Shown one piece after another: positions 1 through 13,101 of a stretch of 60,769 bases of DNA. Made by a program: the position numbers and the translations under genes. The stretch is taken from positions 1-60,769 of the forward strand of contig JANNKK010000013.1 of the NCBI GenBank assembly GCA_031396245.1, in the 5' to 3' direction. The number at the start of each line of letters is the position of its first letter. Positions within the stretch are counted from its first letter, which is position 1. Origin of the DNA: Gemmatimonadaceae bacterium. Lineage in GTDB: Bacteria; Gemmatimonadota; Gemmatimonadetes; Gemmatimonadales; Gemmatimonadaceae. The notes under the pieces were generated by a model. It was not told the origin of the DNA. It did no database searches and was given only the letters and a program-made list of their open reading frames with translations.

Positions 1-2
1 AG

Positions 3-1340
3 GCGATCGGCGTCGATGCCTCAGTGCAGCGGCGGGTGGTGCACAGCGACTCGATCGGCCGCTACGTGGTCGCCGTTTCGCCCCTTCCCGGCGGACGACG
101 CGCGTTGGTCGTCGTTTGCACGCAGAACTGTGCGGAGTCTGACCTACGCGTCGTCGATCTTCGATCGGGAGTGCTCCGCGTCCTGTCGACCGAAGTGGTG
201 AGGGCCTGGTACCTGCCGAGTGGCGATGTGGTATTCGCTCGGAGAGATGGCGGTGTCTTCCTGGCGCCGTTCGACTTGGGCGAGCTGTCCTTCAGGACTG
301 CACCGGTCCCGGTGATGGACGGAGTGCGGACCTCGGCCAATTCCGCCGACATGACCCTTTCTCCGAGCGGCACGCTCCTCTACGTCGGTGGGGGAGCGGT
401 GAACGCAACCCAGCTCGTCGAAGCGGTCTGGGTGACACGAGAGGGCCTGGCATCGCCCGTCGACCCGACCTGGAGCTACGTGCCCTCCGGCAACTCGGGC
501 ATCGCGCTCTCGCCGGACGGACGGCGGCTCGCGGTGAGCGCCGTCACGTCGGGGAACTCCGACATCTGGGTCAAGCAACTGCCGGCGGGCCCGTTCACAC
601 GAATGACCTTCGAGGGCGTCAACACGGGCCCCGCCTGGACCGCGGACAATCGGACCGTGATGTACATGACGGCGAAGTCTGGAACGAACGACGACCTCGC
701 CGCGCGCAGTGCCGACGGCACGGGCGCGGAGGCGATCCTTCTGGACGCAACGCGCGTCGTGTCCGAGGTACAGCGCACTCGTGATACCTCACGCCTCATC
801 GTCCGCCTCTCAGTACCGCCGTCTCGCGACATCCATCTGGTCGAGCGAGCAGCCGACAGCGCAAGAACGAGTCCCCTGGTAGCGAATGACCGGTACGACG
901 AGGTCCATCCGGCGGTTTCGCCCGACGGACGGTGGCTGGCCTATGCTTCGAACGAGTCGGGACGATTCGAGGTCTACGTGCGGCCCTTCCCCGATGCGAA
1001 CAGCGGGCGGTGGCAGGTCTCCCGCAACGGTGGCAGCGAACCGATGTGGGCGCATAGCGGCCGCGAGCTCTTCTACCGCGATGGGAGCGGCGCGATGGTG
1101 GTCGCGGCGGTGAGGTCCGGCACGGCATTCGAACTCGGCGAAGAGCGGACTCTCTTTCCAGCGACTGGCCTGCTGCGGTTTACCACCCGGCGACTCTATG
1201 ACCTCACGCCCGACGACCGGCGCTTCGTCTTCATCCGCAACGTGGGTTCCCAGGCCGCGCCGAGTCCGGTGCCGGTCACGGTGATCCAAGTGGACAACTG
1301 GTTCACGGAACTCAAGGCCGCGGCAGGCCGGCGTCCTTGA
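3..1340 (+). CDS. C-terminal part (TolB/PD40-like beta-propeller) of a kinase-propeller receptor, 5' truncated by the window edge (copy 0)
   Basis: Frame is open from base 3. It has SPDG repeats, WLAYASNESGRFEVYVRPFP, WQVSRNGGSEPMW and the terminal VDNWFTEL motif shared with the full-length paralogs. The kinase domain is inferred to lie upstream of the window. Confidence 0.85.
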   Translation, partial: AIGVDASVQRRVVHSDSIGRYVVAVSPLPGGRRALVVVCTQNCAESDLRVVDLRSGVLRVLSTEVVRAWYLPSGDVVFARRDGGVFLAPFDLGELSFRTAPVPVMDGVRTSANSADMTLSPSGTLLYVGGGAVNATQLVEAVWVTREGLASPVDPTWSYVPSGNSGIALSPDGRRLAVSAVTSGNSDIWVKQLPAGPFTRMTFEGVNTGPAWTADNRTVMYMTAKSGTNDDLAARSADGTGAEAILLDATRVVSEVQRTRDTSRLIVRLSVPPSRDIHLVERAADSARTSPLVANDRYDEVHPAVSPDGRWLAYASNESGRFEVYVRPFPDANSGRWQVSRNGGSEPMWAHSGRELFYRDGSGAMVVAAVRSGTAFELGEERTLFPATGLLRFTTRRLYDLTPDDRRFVFIRNVGSQAAPSPVPVTVIQVDNWFTELKAAAGRRP

Positions 1341-1358
1341 GGGCCGCGGAGTGACGCA

Positions 1359-1889
1359 CTAGCCGCCCAGCAGTTCCTCCAACGCGAGCCGCGTCTTGAG
1401 CGGGATCCTGGCGTCGTCGAAGTACTGCGTCACGATCTCGATGGCCGCCGCCGTCGTCGTGATGTTGAGGTAGCGCAGCAGGAAGCGGACGTCGTCGAGA
1501 TCGTGGAACTCCGCGCCCAATCGCATCGCCGCGCACTTCATCGCCAGCAGATACGTGGGCTGTGCGACGAACACCTGGAGATGTGACCGCTCCAGGAATC
1601 GATCGTACGTCCCGCGCGGACTGAGCCAGGACTTCACGGCGTCGTTCAGCCAGTCATCTGGTACGCCGGCTCGCGCTGCGACGCGGGCCGCCGCCTCGCG
1701 CACGAGCGTTGCCGGCTTGAACGACGCGTCCACGTCACGCGTGGCTGCGCGGGCGCCGAGGGCAAGGCACATCACCGCGCCGCCGACGAGGTAGACCTCG
1801 GCGTGGGTGTCGGAGGCGGCGAGCTCCTCGTTGAGCAAATCGAAGAGACTCAGGATGTCAACCTTCGTCAGCCGGACCGGTTCGGGCAT
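1359..1889 (-). CDS. Pol-beta-superfamily nucleotidyltransferase (DUF6036/AbiEii-like), putative toxin, 176 aa
   Basis: YLVGGAVM...RAATRDVD NTase motif, LLAMK...DLDDV C-terminal motif; lies 2 bp downstream of an RHH gene. Confidence 0.75.
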   Translation of the reverse strand: MPEPVRLTKVDILSLFDLLNEELAASDTHAEVYLVGGAVMCLALGARAATRDVDASFKPATLVREAAARVAARAGVPDDWLNDAVKSWLSPRGTYDRFLERSHLQVFVAQPTYLLAMKCAAMRLGAEFHDLDDVRFLLRYLNITTTAAAIEIVTQYFDDARIPLKTRLALEELLGG

Positions 1890-1891
1890 GC

Positions 1892-2383
1892 TCAGACCCG
1901 CTCTCCGACACTGGCGTCAACGAAGATGTTGCGACGCTTGAAGGACACCGGCGCCGACCGCAGAAGGTGAAGCCGCAGGCTCTTCAGCGGCGTGACGAAG
2001 TGCGGCGCGTCGAGCGGGAGGACGGCGCTGACCCAGCGCGGCGGCTCGACCTGCTTCGCTTCCGCGGCCTGCTCGACCATCGCCGCGACGTAGTTCTGCA
2101 GGTAGGGCGACAGCGCGCCGAGGTCGGCGGCGCCGACCGTCTCAGCGAAGGCGATCGAGGGACAGGCGTGCAGCAAGTCGTTCAGTTCGGCCAGGGCGAA
2201 GCGCGGATCGGTGTCCGCCCGCAGGGTTCGGAGGAGATCGGCGAAGCGATCCGGTCCCGCAGGCACGAGCCGGGAGAGGACGTAGCGCGAGACGTCGCAT
2301 CCCGCCGCGCGCGCGAGGCGCTTGAGCGCCGCCTTCTGCTGCGGGGTCACGCGGATCTGGAGTTGCTGCGTCTTGGCGGGCAT
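1892..2383 (-). CDS. Ribbon-helix-helix DNA-binding protein with C-terminal extension, putative antitoxin, 163 aa
   Basis: Start revised to ATG 2383. MPAKTQQLQIRVTPQQKAALKRLARAAGCDVSRYVL fits the RHH strand-helix-helix pattern; C-terminal FKRRNIFV. Confidence 0.7.
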   Translation of the reverse strand: MPAKTQQLQIRVTPQQKAALKRLARAAGCDVSRYVLSRLVPAGPDRFADLLRTLRADTDPRFALAELNDLLHACPSIAFAETVGAADLGALSPYLQNYVAAMVEQAAEAKQVEPPRWVSAVLPLDAPHFVTPLKSLRLHLLRSAPVSFKRRNIFVDASVGERV

Positions 2384-2389
2384 GGTCGG

Positions 2390-2433
2390 AATCTGCGGGG
2401 AGCGTCTCACAATGTCAATACATACGTATTGAC
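2390..2433 (-). promoter_or_regulatory. Sigma70-type promoter with overlapping palindromic operator for the RHH-NTase operon
   Basis: On the minus strand: TTGACA (2418-2413), 17 nt, CAGATT (2395-2390), 6 nt, ATG (2383). Perfect inverted repeat GTCAATAC-N4-GTATTGAC at 2414-2433 covers the -35 box. Confidence 0.7.
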
Positions 2434-2520
2434 GCGCGGTGTCGGAGGGAGAGCGAGGCCGGGGGCCCCGGCGCGGCGTTCGACAGCGGGCCACGGGAGC
2501 CGTATCTTGGCCGCAGCCAA

Positions 2521-5159
2521 ATGACTGCGAATTCCGAACGTCTCTCGGCGGCCCTCGCCGACCGCTACCGCATCGAGCGTGAGCTCGGCCAGGGCGGGAT
2601 GGCGACCGTCTACCTCGCCCAGGACTTGAAGCACGACCGTCAGGTCGCGATCAAGGTCCTCAAGCCCGAACTCGCCGCCGTCCTCGGCGCCGAGCGATTC
2701 GTGGTCGAGATCAAGACCACCGCCGCGCTGCAGCATCCACACATCCTCCCGCGCTTCGACAGCGGGAGCGCCGATGGCTTCCTCTTCTATGTGATGCCGT
2801 ACGTGGAAGGGGAGACCCTTCGCGACAAGCTCAACCGCGAGACGCAATTCGGGGTGGACGAAGCGGTGCGGATCGCCTGCGAGGTGGCCGATGCGCTCGA
2901 CTACGCGCATCGGCGCGGCGTGATCCATCGCGACATCAAGCCGGAGAACATCCTCCTGCACGATGGCCGGCCGATGGTCGCCGACTTCGGTATCGCGCTC
3001 GCGCTCTCGGCTGCTGCCGGTGGTCGGATGACGGAGACCGGGCTGAGTCTCGGTACGCCGCACTACATGAGTCCTGAACAGGCGACGGCTGAGAAGGAGA
3101 TCACCGGCCGCTCTGACGTCTACAGTCTGGCGTCTGTCCTCTATGAGATGCTCGCCGGTCAGCCGCCTCACCTCGGCGGGAGCGCGCAGCAGATCATCAT
3201 GAAGATCATCGCCGAGCCGGTGGCGGCGGTGACGCAGTTCCGGAAGGCGGTGCCGCCGAACGTCGCGGCGGCCGTGGCGAAGGCGCTCGAGAAGCTCCCG
3301 GCCGACCGGTTCGCGACGGCGAGTGAGTTCGCCGGGGCGCTCAAGATGGCGTCGTTCACACTCGAGGCGCGGGCGGGCGCCGAGACGATCGCGATGAAGA
3401 CGTCCCGCCTCAAGGAGCGCGCCGCCATCCCGTTGGTGGCGGGGCTCATCCTCGCCGTGATCGCCGCGGCGTGGGGCTGGACGCGTCCGGCGCCCGACGC
3501 ACCCGTCGTGCGCTTCCCGATCACGATGCCCGACAGTGCGGAACTCATCCGCCAGCCGGGCATCCTTCTCGCCCTCTCGGCCGATGGGTCACGGCTCGTC
3601 TACATCGGCCCGGGCGATGGGGATGTCGACATCTGGGAGCGGCCACTGAACTCCCTCGTCGGGACGCGCGTGCCGGAGACGAATGGTGCCGACTCCCCCT
3701 TCCTCTCGACGGCCGGTGACGTCGTCGCGTTCTATCGGCAGAATCCGCCGCGGCTCTTCACCGCCTCGCTGCGCGGCGGACCACGGCAGACCTGGGTCCA
3801 GGACTCGACCGTCTCCGCGGGGGGAGATTTCGGCCCCGACGGGGCGATCTACTTCACGCGCGTCGGTGGGATCCGGCGCGTGCGCGAGCCGGGCGGACCG
3901 GTCGAGCAGGTGACGAGCGTCGACTCCGCCCAGGGTGAACAGGGGCACAGCTGGGTCGACGTGTTGCCGAACGGGAAGGGTGCGCTCTTCACGATCGTGC
4001 GCTCGACCGAGGACCAATACGACATCGCCGCGGTCGACCTCCGGACAAATGGGGTCAAGGTCCTGGTGCGCGGGACCTACGCGCGATATTCGCCGAGCGG
4101 TCACATCGTGTACTCGGACGCGAGCGGCGGCCTGTTCGCCCTCTCCTTCGATGCGAAGGCGCTCGCGACCCGTGGCGCACCGATCCCGCTCGTCTCCGGC
4201 GTGAGTCGGGGTGAAGGTGGCGTCGCACACTTCACCCTCTCTGAGACGGGGGTGATGATGTACGCGACGGGAGGAGGCGGAGGTTCCGAGGAGCTGGTCT
4301 GGGTCGATCGCCAGGGCGGCACAGCGCCGACCGACTCGACCTTGCGCGGTCCGTTCTACGAGATCGCGCTCTCGCCGAACGGTCGTCGGATCGCGATGTC
4401 CTCGCCCGACGCGGCGCTCGGGAACATCTGGATCAAGGACCTGCCGAATGGCCCCCTCCAGAAACTCACGCTCGAGGGCGACAACTTCACGCCCTCCTGG
4501 TCGCCCGATGGGCGCACCGTCTACTTCATCTCGGTGCGCTCCGGATCCTCTTGGGCGCTGTATGGTCGACGCGTGGATGAGGGCGCGAATCCCTTCCCAG
4601 TGACTCCTCATGTGCAGGGGATGCGCAGCGCGTCGGTCTCTCCGGATGGATCGTGGGTCGTGTATACCGTCACCCAGGACATCTTCGCCCGGCGGACCAA
4701 GGGAGACACGGCGACGGTCAGGCTCGTGGCGACTCCGGCCGCCGAAGTCGCGCCGACGCTCTCGCCGGACGGGCGCTGGCTTGCGTATGTCTCGCTCGAG
4801 TCGGGTGTCCCCGAGGTCTACGTGAGTCCGTTCCCCGACGTGGCGAGCGGCCGGACGGTCGTCTCGATCGACGGAGGGACCGAGCCGCACTGGGCGCCGA
4901 ACGGCCGTGAGCTCTTCTTCTCCGGACCGGGACTGCGCTTCATCGCGGCACAGGTCGAGCTGACGCCGACCTTCCGCGTGCGCGAGCGCAGGGTGCTCTT
5001 CGACCGGTCGGGCTTCCTTCGCGTGGTCCAGAGCGGTGCCGCGTACGATGTCGCACCGGGCGGACAGCGGTTCGTGATGTATCGGTCGCGGACCCTCCGC
5101 AGCGACAAGTTCGTGCTCGTGCAGAACTGGCCGGCCGAGCTCGCCGGGCGGCCGATCCG

Positions 5160-5163
<4 letters not shown>
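2521..5163 (+). CDS. Ser/Thr protein kinase - TM - beta-propeller receptor (copy 1), 880 aa
   Basis: GQGGMATV, VAIK, HRDIKPEN, DFG, GTPHYMSPEQ; hydrophobic segment IPLVAGLILAVIAAAWGW; SPDG/SPNG repeats. Confidence 0.93.
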
Positions 5164-7858
<2,695 letters not shown>

Positions 7859-7862
<4 letters not shown>

Positions 7863-10507
7863 GCGGCGTCCCCGAGCGGCTCTCCGCAGCGCTCGCTGAT
7901 CGCTACCGGATCGAGCGCGAACTCGGCGCCGGCGGGATGGCGACGGTGTACCTCGCGGCCGACCTCAAGCACGACCGCAGGGTCGCGCTGAAGGTGCTGA
8001 AGCCCGAGCTCGCCGCGGTGCTCGGCGCCGAACGCTTCGTGGTCGAGATCAAGACTACGGCGTCGCTCAGCCATCCGCACATCCTCCCGCTCTTCGATTC
8101 GGGGACTGCGGAAGGATTCCTCTACTACGTGATGCCCTTCATCGAAGGGGAGACCCTCCGCGACAAGCTGAATCGCGAGACGCAGTTCGGCGTCGAGGAA
8201 GCGGTGAAGATCGCGAGCGAGGTCGCCGACGCGCTCGACTACGCGCATCGACACGGTGTGATCCATCGCGACATCAAGCCGGAGAACATCCTGCTGCACG
8301 ATGGGCGACCGATGGTCGCCGACTTCGGGATCGCGCTCGCGGTCTCGGCCGCGGCTGGTGGTCGCATGACCGAAACGGGTCTGAGCCTGGGGACTCCGCA
8401 CTACATGTCGCCCGAGCAGGCGACGGCGGAGAAGGAGATCACGGCGCGCAGCGACGTGTACTCGCTCGCGAGCGTGCTCTTCGAGATGCTCGCCGGACAA
8501 CCGCCGCATCTCGGTGGTTCGGCGCAGCAGATCATCATGAAGATCATCGCCGAGCCGGTGCCGGAGGTGACGCAGTTCCGGCGGTCGGTGCCGCAAAACG
8601 TGGCGGCGGCAGTGGCGAAAGGATTGGAGAAGCTGCCGGCCGATCGGTTCGAGAGTGCGAGCGCTTTCGCGCGGGCGCTGAATGATCCGTCATTCCACAC
8701 GGCCGCAGATGGCGGAACGGGAGTCGGCGCCGCACGGCAGGCGCTGAGCCGGCGGTCACTCGGCCTCGCCGCCGTCGGCGGACTCGTCATCCTTGCCGCG
8801 GCGTACTTCACTGGTCGCGCCAGCGCGCCAGGCCCCGTGGTGCGGGATGTAGGCCTCCCCGACACCGCGCAACTCGCCTTCGCCGACGACGGCCCATTCA
8901 GCATCGAATGGCCGAGTCTCGCCGTCTCGCCGGACGGCGACTTCATGGTGTACGTCGCTCGCGTGAGTTCGGGGACTGAGCTCTGGTACCGGAGCCTGCG
9001 CGGAGCCGAGGCGCGGCCACTGCCTGGAACGCGCGGAGGGCTCATCCCGACGCTCTCGCCCGATGGACGGTCGGTCGCGTTCCAGGCAGGCCGTCTACTG
9101 AAGAAGGTGAACGTGGATGGGAGCGCCACCGCGGTCGACGTCGCGGAGATCGTCGAGCCCTACGGGATGGTGTGGACGGGTGCCGATGAGGTGCTCGTCG
9201 CGACGGAGTACGGCACGCGAACCGTCCGGATCCGACTGAGTGATGGGACCAAGCGCGATCCGGGCGGCTCGTGCGGATGGCCGACGATGGTCCCCGGGAC
9301 GAACGACCTGATCTGTCACTCCGAAGGGGACAACAGGTTCGCGCGGGTGGTGACGATGTCCGCTGACGGCATCGTTCCGGAGATGCGATCCGCTGGCGCG
9401 GTGCTCGGTGACAGTGCACGTCCGATGGCGGCGTCCACGTCCACCCTGTTGGATGACCGACTGCTCTCAGTCGACGAGGTGGGGAATCTCGTCGTCGCTC
9501 GCTACGACCGCGCCCGCCGCGTGATCGGCCCGCGGACGATCGTGCGCCGTGGCCTCAGGCGATCGCAATTCGCGATCGCCGGACACTTCGGAGTCACGCG
9601 CGCTGGCGACCTCGTCTACGTCACGGGTTCGAACGGCGCGATCGGACGGTTCGTCGCGATGCAGCCGGGTGGCGCTGCGCGCGTATTGCCGGTCCCGGCC
9701 AAGGAGTACGGAAACTTCGGCGTGTCACGCGACGGGAAGTGGCTCGCCGCGACCTCGCGTGGCGTGACTGGCGATGAACTCTGGATCTATGATGCCGAGA
9801 CCGGACAGGGCGACCGCGTCGCTGCCGCTTACTATCTCGGCTATCCGACCTGGGCGCCGGACGGAACGCTTGCGTACGTCGTAGGCGCCTCGGCGACCAG
9901 CGAGCTTGAGACGATGCTTCTCCCGCCGGGCGGTGGGGCACCGGTCCGGCTCGCTGGACAGCAACTGCAGCCGAGCATGTTCGTGGACCCGGGCCTCGTG
10001 ATCGGCGGTTCGGGTAACGATATCGTGGTGGCGACGCTGGACCACGATCGCGTGGTGCACGCCGACACGCTCAAGCTCCCGAGCAATCAGTACTATCCGG
10101 TGGTCTCGCCCGACCGACGCTGGCTCGCGTACGCCGGGTCGGAGAAGGGGATCTCGCAGATCTTCGTGACGCCTTTCCCCTCGATGGCGCGCCAGTACAA
10201 GGTCTCACTGGACGCGGCGTCGGAACCGCTCTGGTTGCCCGACGGGGGTCTCGTCTACCGGAACGGAAGATGCTGGTATCGCCAGCGTCCCCGCGCCGGC
10301 GCGATGCCGCCCTTCGCGGCGCCGGCGCTCCTCTTCTGCGACGAGAAGCTGCTCAACACCTCAGGACCGTCGAACACGGTGATGCCGGACGGGAGCATCC
10401 TCTACCTCCGCACCGTCGGGCCGACGACGGCCGGCTACGTGCGGATCGTGCGTGGGTGGCAGCGGACGCTCGGCCGCCCGGCGGGCGGCGAGGGCGGGAC
10501 GCCGTGA
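7859..10507 (+). CDS. Ser/Thr protein kinase - TM - beta-propeller receptor (copy 3), 882 aa
   Basis: All Hanks motifs present; GTGA overlap; TM LGLAAVGGLVILAAAYF; divergent Cys-containing propeller. Confidence 0.93.
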
Positions 10508-13101
10508 GTGCCGTGAACGAACGACTGAGCGTCGCGCTCGCCGACCGCTACCGCATCGAACGCGAGCTGGGGCAGGGCGGGATGGCGACAGTCTACCTCG
10601 CGGCCGATCTCAAGCACGATCGGAAGGTCGCGATCAAGGTCTTGAAGCCCGAGCTCGCCGCGGTCCTCGGCGCCGAGCGCTTCGTCGTCGAGATCAAGAC
10701 CACCGCCGCGCTGAGTCATCCGCACATCCTGCCATTGTTCGATTCGGGGACCGCCGACGGTTTCCTCTTCTATGTCATGCCGTACATCGAGGGCGAGACA
10801 CTCCGCGACAAGCTCAACCGCGAGACGCAGTTCGGCGTCGAAGATGCAGTGAAGATCGCCAGCGAAGTCGCCGATGCGCTCGACTATGCGCACCGCCACG
10901 GTGTGATCCACCGCGACATCAAGCCGGAGAACATCCTTCTGCACGATGGCCGGCCGATGGTCGCCGACTTCGGGATCGCCCTGGCGGTGTCAGCCGCAGC
11001 GGGTGGTCGCATGACGGAGACGGGGCTGAGTCTCGGCACGCCGCACTACATGTCGCCGGAGCAGGCGACGGCGGAGAAGGAGATCACGGCGAGATCCGAC
11101 ATCTACAGTCTCGCGTCGGTGCTCTACGAGATGCTCGCCGGGGAACCACCGCATGGCGGCGGCAGCGCGCAACAGATCATCATGAAGATCATCACCGAGA
11201 CGCCGCAGATGGTGAGCGCGCGTCGCCGGTCGGTGCCGCCGAACGTCGCGGCGGCGGTCGCCAAGGCGCTCGAGAAGCTCCCGGCAGATCGGTTCGACTC
11301 CGCGAAGGCGTTCGCCGAGGCGCTCGCGAATCCCGCATTCGCGCTGAGCGGCCGCGCGACCTATGCCGGACGCGGCGCGATCGCCGATGGACCGTGGTCG
11401 CGGTCGAGCGCAACGTTGCTCGTCGTCGCGCTCACGATGTCGGTGATCGCCGCCTGGGGCTGGCTGCGACCGGCACCGACCCGCGCCGCGCGCCAGCTTG
11501 CGGTGAATCTGCCGAAGCTCTCGCGCATCGCGTGGCCGGTGATCTCCCCGGCCGGCGATCGCGTGGTGTTCATCGGCGACGGACGACTCTGGATCCGCGA
11601 GCTCGCCGGGATCACGTCGCGTCCGCTCGTGGGCACGGAGGACGCGATGGCGCCGTTCTGGTCGCCCGACGGACGCGACCTCGGCTACTGGGTGGGGAAT
11701 CGCATCTTTCGCGTGTCGGCGGACGGCGGGACTCCGGCGCTCGTGACCGAGCTCGATCACGCCTGCCCGCTCGACAACGTCTGCGCCGGGTCGTGGACCG
11801 ACGATGGTCGGATGCTCCTGAGTTCTGGCTTCAGCGCGATCTTCCAGGTCGCCGAGGGGGGAGGGCCGGTTCGCCCGTTCCTGGTGCCCGACTCGGCGGA
11901 GCACTTCCATCGGGTCTCGGCGCTCCCCAGCGGCGGGGGCGCCATCTTCGAGGTCGATCCCGACCATGGCCCTGGGCGCATCGACGGGTGGGACGGTCGC
12001 GAGCGCCACGTTCTCGTCGAAGGCGGCACGCTGAGTCAATGGGTCGAGCCGGGCTATCTGCTCTTCCGCAAGAACGGAGGCGTCTGGGCGCTCGCCCTGC
12101 GGGGTGCGAAGGCGCAAGGCGATCCGATCCTCGTGACCGATGCCGCGCTGAACGCGAGCGCGTCCACCGACGGTGCGCTGCTCTACCGCGTCGCCAGCCA
12201 GAACGCGATGGAACTCGTCTGGGTCGACCGCGAGGGCACGATCCGTGGCACGGTCGGTTCGGATGAGGGCTTCGCAAGGAGTCCCGCGCTCTCGCCCGAC
12301 GAACGGCGCATCGCGTTCGAGGGGAGGGGGGGGATCCGCATCCACGCCCCCGATCGCGGCGCGCGGATGCCGCTGGGGAGCTCGGACTCGATCCAATACG
12401 GCCCGGCGTGGTCCGGCGCGGGAGACCGGATCTACTACATCACGCAGACCGGCATGGATGACGAGGGCCTCGCGATCCGCGCGGTGAACGCTGCGGGTGG
12501 GGAGCCGGCGACGGTGGTCGATCCGGCCTTCGATCCCTGGGTGTCGCGGGACGGCCGGTTCCTCACGTATGTGACCGGGGACAACGAGTCCTCCGACGTC
12601 TGGTTCCGAGATCTTCGCTCCGCGAGCGCGACCTCGCAGCGGTTCCCGGTGGGCGAGGGCTCCTCGCTGGAACTCCGACTCTCGCCCGACGGCCGATTCG
12701 CGACCTTTATCGCCGGTGACTCGAGGAGAGGGAAGTTCGAGGTGTACATCAGCCGCTTCCCTCGTGGCGAGGACCGGATACAGGTCTCGGCAGGTGGCGT
12801 GCGCCATCGAAGCCGGGTCTACTGGAGCGCCGCCGGTGACCAGATCCACTATGTGCGCGAGTCGGATGGATCCTTCATGACCGTGGACGTCGCGCTCGGC
12901 GAGCAGGTACGCCTCTCGGCGCCGCGCGTGCTCTTCAATGAGTCGCGCTCCGGCCTGATCCTCTCCTCGGGTGTCGCGGTGAGCCGGGACCCCCAACGGT
13001 TCCTCGCGGTGCGGCGCGTGGCCGCCCAGGAGAGCGACGTGGGAATGCTCGTGCTCACGGATGGCTGGGTCGCGCGTGCGAAGCGGCGGAGCAGTCCATG
13101 A
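10504..13101 (+). CDS. Ser/Thr protein kinase - TM - beta-propeller receptor (copy 4), 865 aa
   Basis: Start revised from 10270 to GTG 10504, which gives a GTGA overlap and an N-terminus SAVNERLSVALADRY matching the paralogs. Hanks motifs intact. Confidence 0.92.
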   Translation: MSAVNERLSVALADRYRIERELGQGGMATVYLAADLKHDRKVAIKVLKPELAAVLGAERFVVEIKTTAALSHPHILPLFDSGTADGFLFYVMPYIEGETLRDKLNRETQFGVEDAVKIASEVADALDYAHRHGVIHRDIKPENILLHDGRPMVADFGIALAVSAAAGGRMTETGLSLGTPHYMSPEQATAEKEITARSDIYSLASVLYEMLAGEPPHGGGSAQQIIMKIITETPQMVSARRRSVPPNVAAAVAKALEKLPADRFDSAKAFAEALANPAFALSGRATYAGRGAIADGPWSRSSATLLVVALTMSVIAAWGWLRPAPTRAARQLAVNLPKLSRIAWPVISPAGDRVVFIGDGRLWIRELAGITSRPLVGTEDAMAPFWSPDGRDLGYWVGNRIFRVSADGGTPALVTELDHACPLDNVCAGSWTDDGRMLLSSGFSAIFQVAEGGGPVRPFLVPDSAEHFHRVSALPSGGGAIFEVDPDHGPGRIDGWDGRERHVLVEGGTLSQWVEPGYLLFRKNGGVWALALRGAKAQGDPILVTDAALNASASTDGALLYRVASQNAMELVWVDREGTIRGTVGSDEGFARSPALSPDERRIAFEGRGGIRIHAPDRGARMPLGSSDSIQYGPAWSGAGDRIYYITQTGMDDEGLAIRAVNAAGGEPATVVDPAFDPWVSRDGRFLTYVTGDNESSDVWFRDLRSASATSQRFPVGEGSSLELRLSPDGRFATFIAGDSRRGKFEVYISRFPRGEDRIQVSAGGVRHRSRVYWSAAGDQIHYVRESDGSFMTVDVALGEQVRLSAPRVLFNESRSGLILSSGVAVSRDPQRFLAVRRVAAQESDVGMLVLTDGWVARAKRRSSP

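Noticed and set aside
1351-1362. GTG ACG CAC TAG after copy 0, resembling the MTH start of copy 8
   Set aside because: Only three codons and not in the usual overlap register, so it cannot be told apart from chance.
10270-10503. N-terminal extensions given by the ORF track (10270, 45176, 18202, 29728, 32910, 33908 and others)
   Set aside because: They overlap neighbouring genes. The shorter starts match paralog N-termini, signal peptides and stop/start overlaps.
12321-12333. G4-A-G8 tract in copy 4 (and C8 at 60081-60088) as phase-variation sites
   Set aside because: Runs of 8 are borderline in high-GC DNA, the reading frame is intact and there is no read-level evidence.
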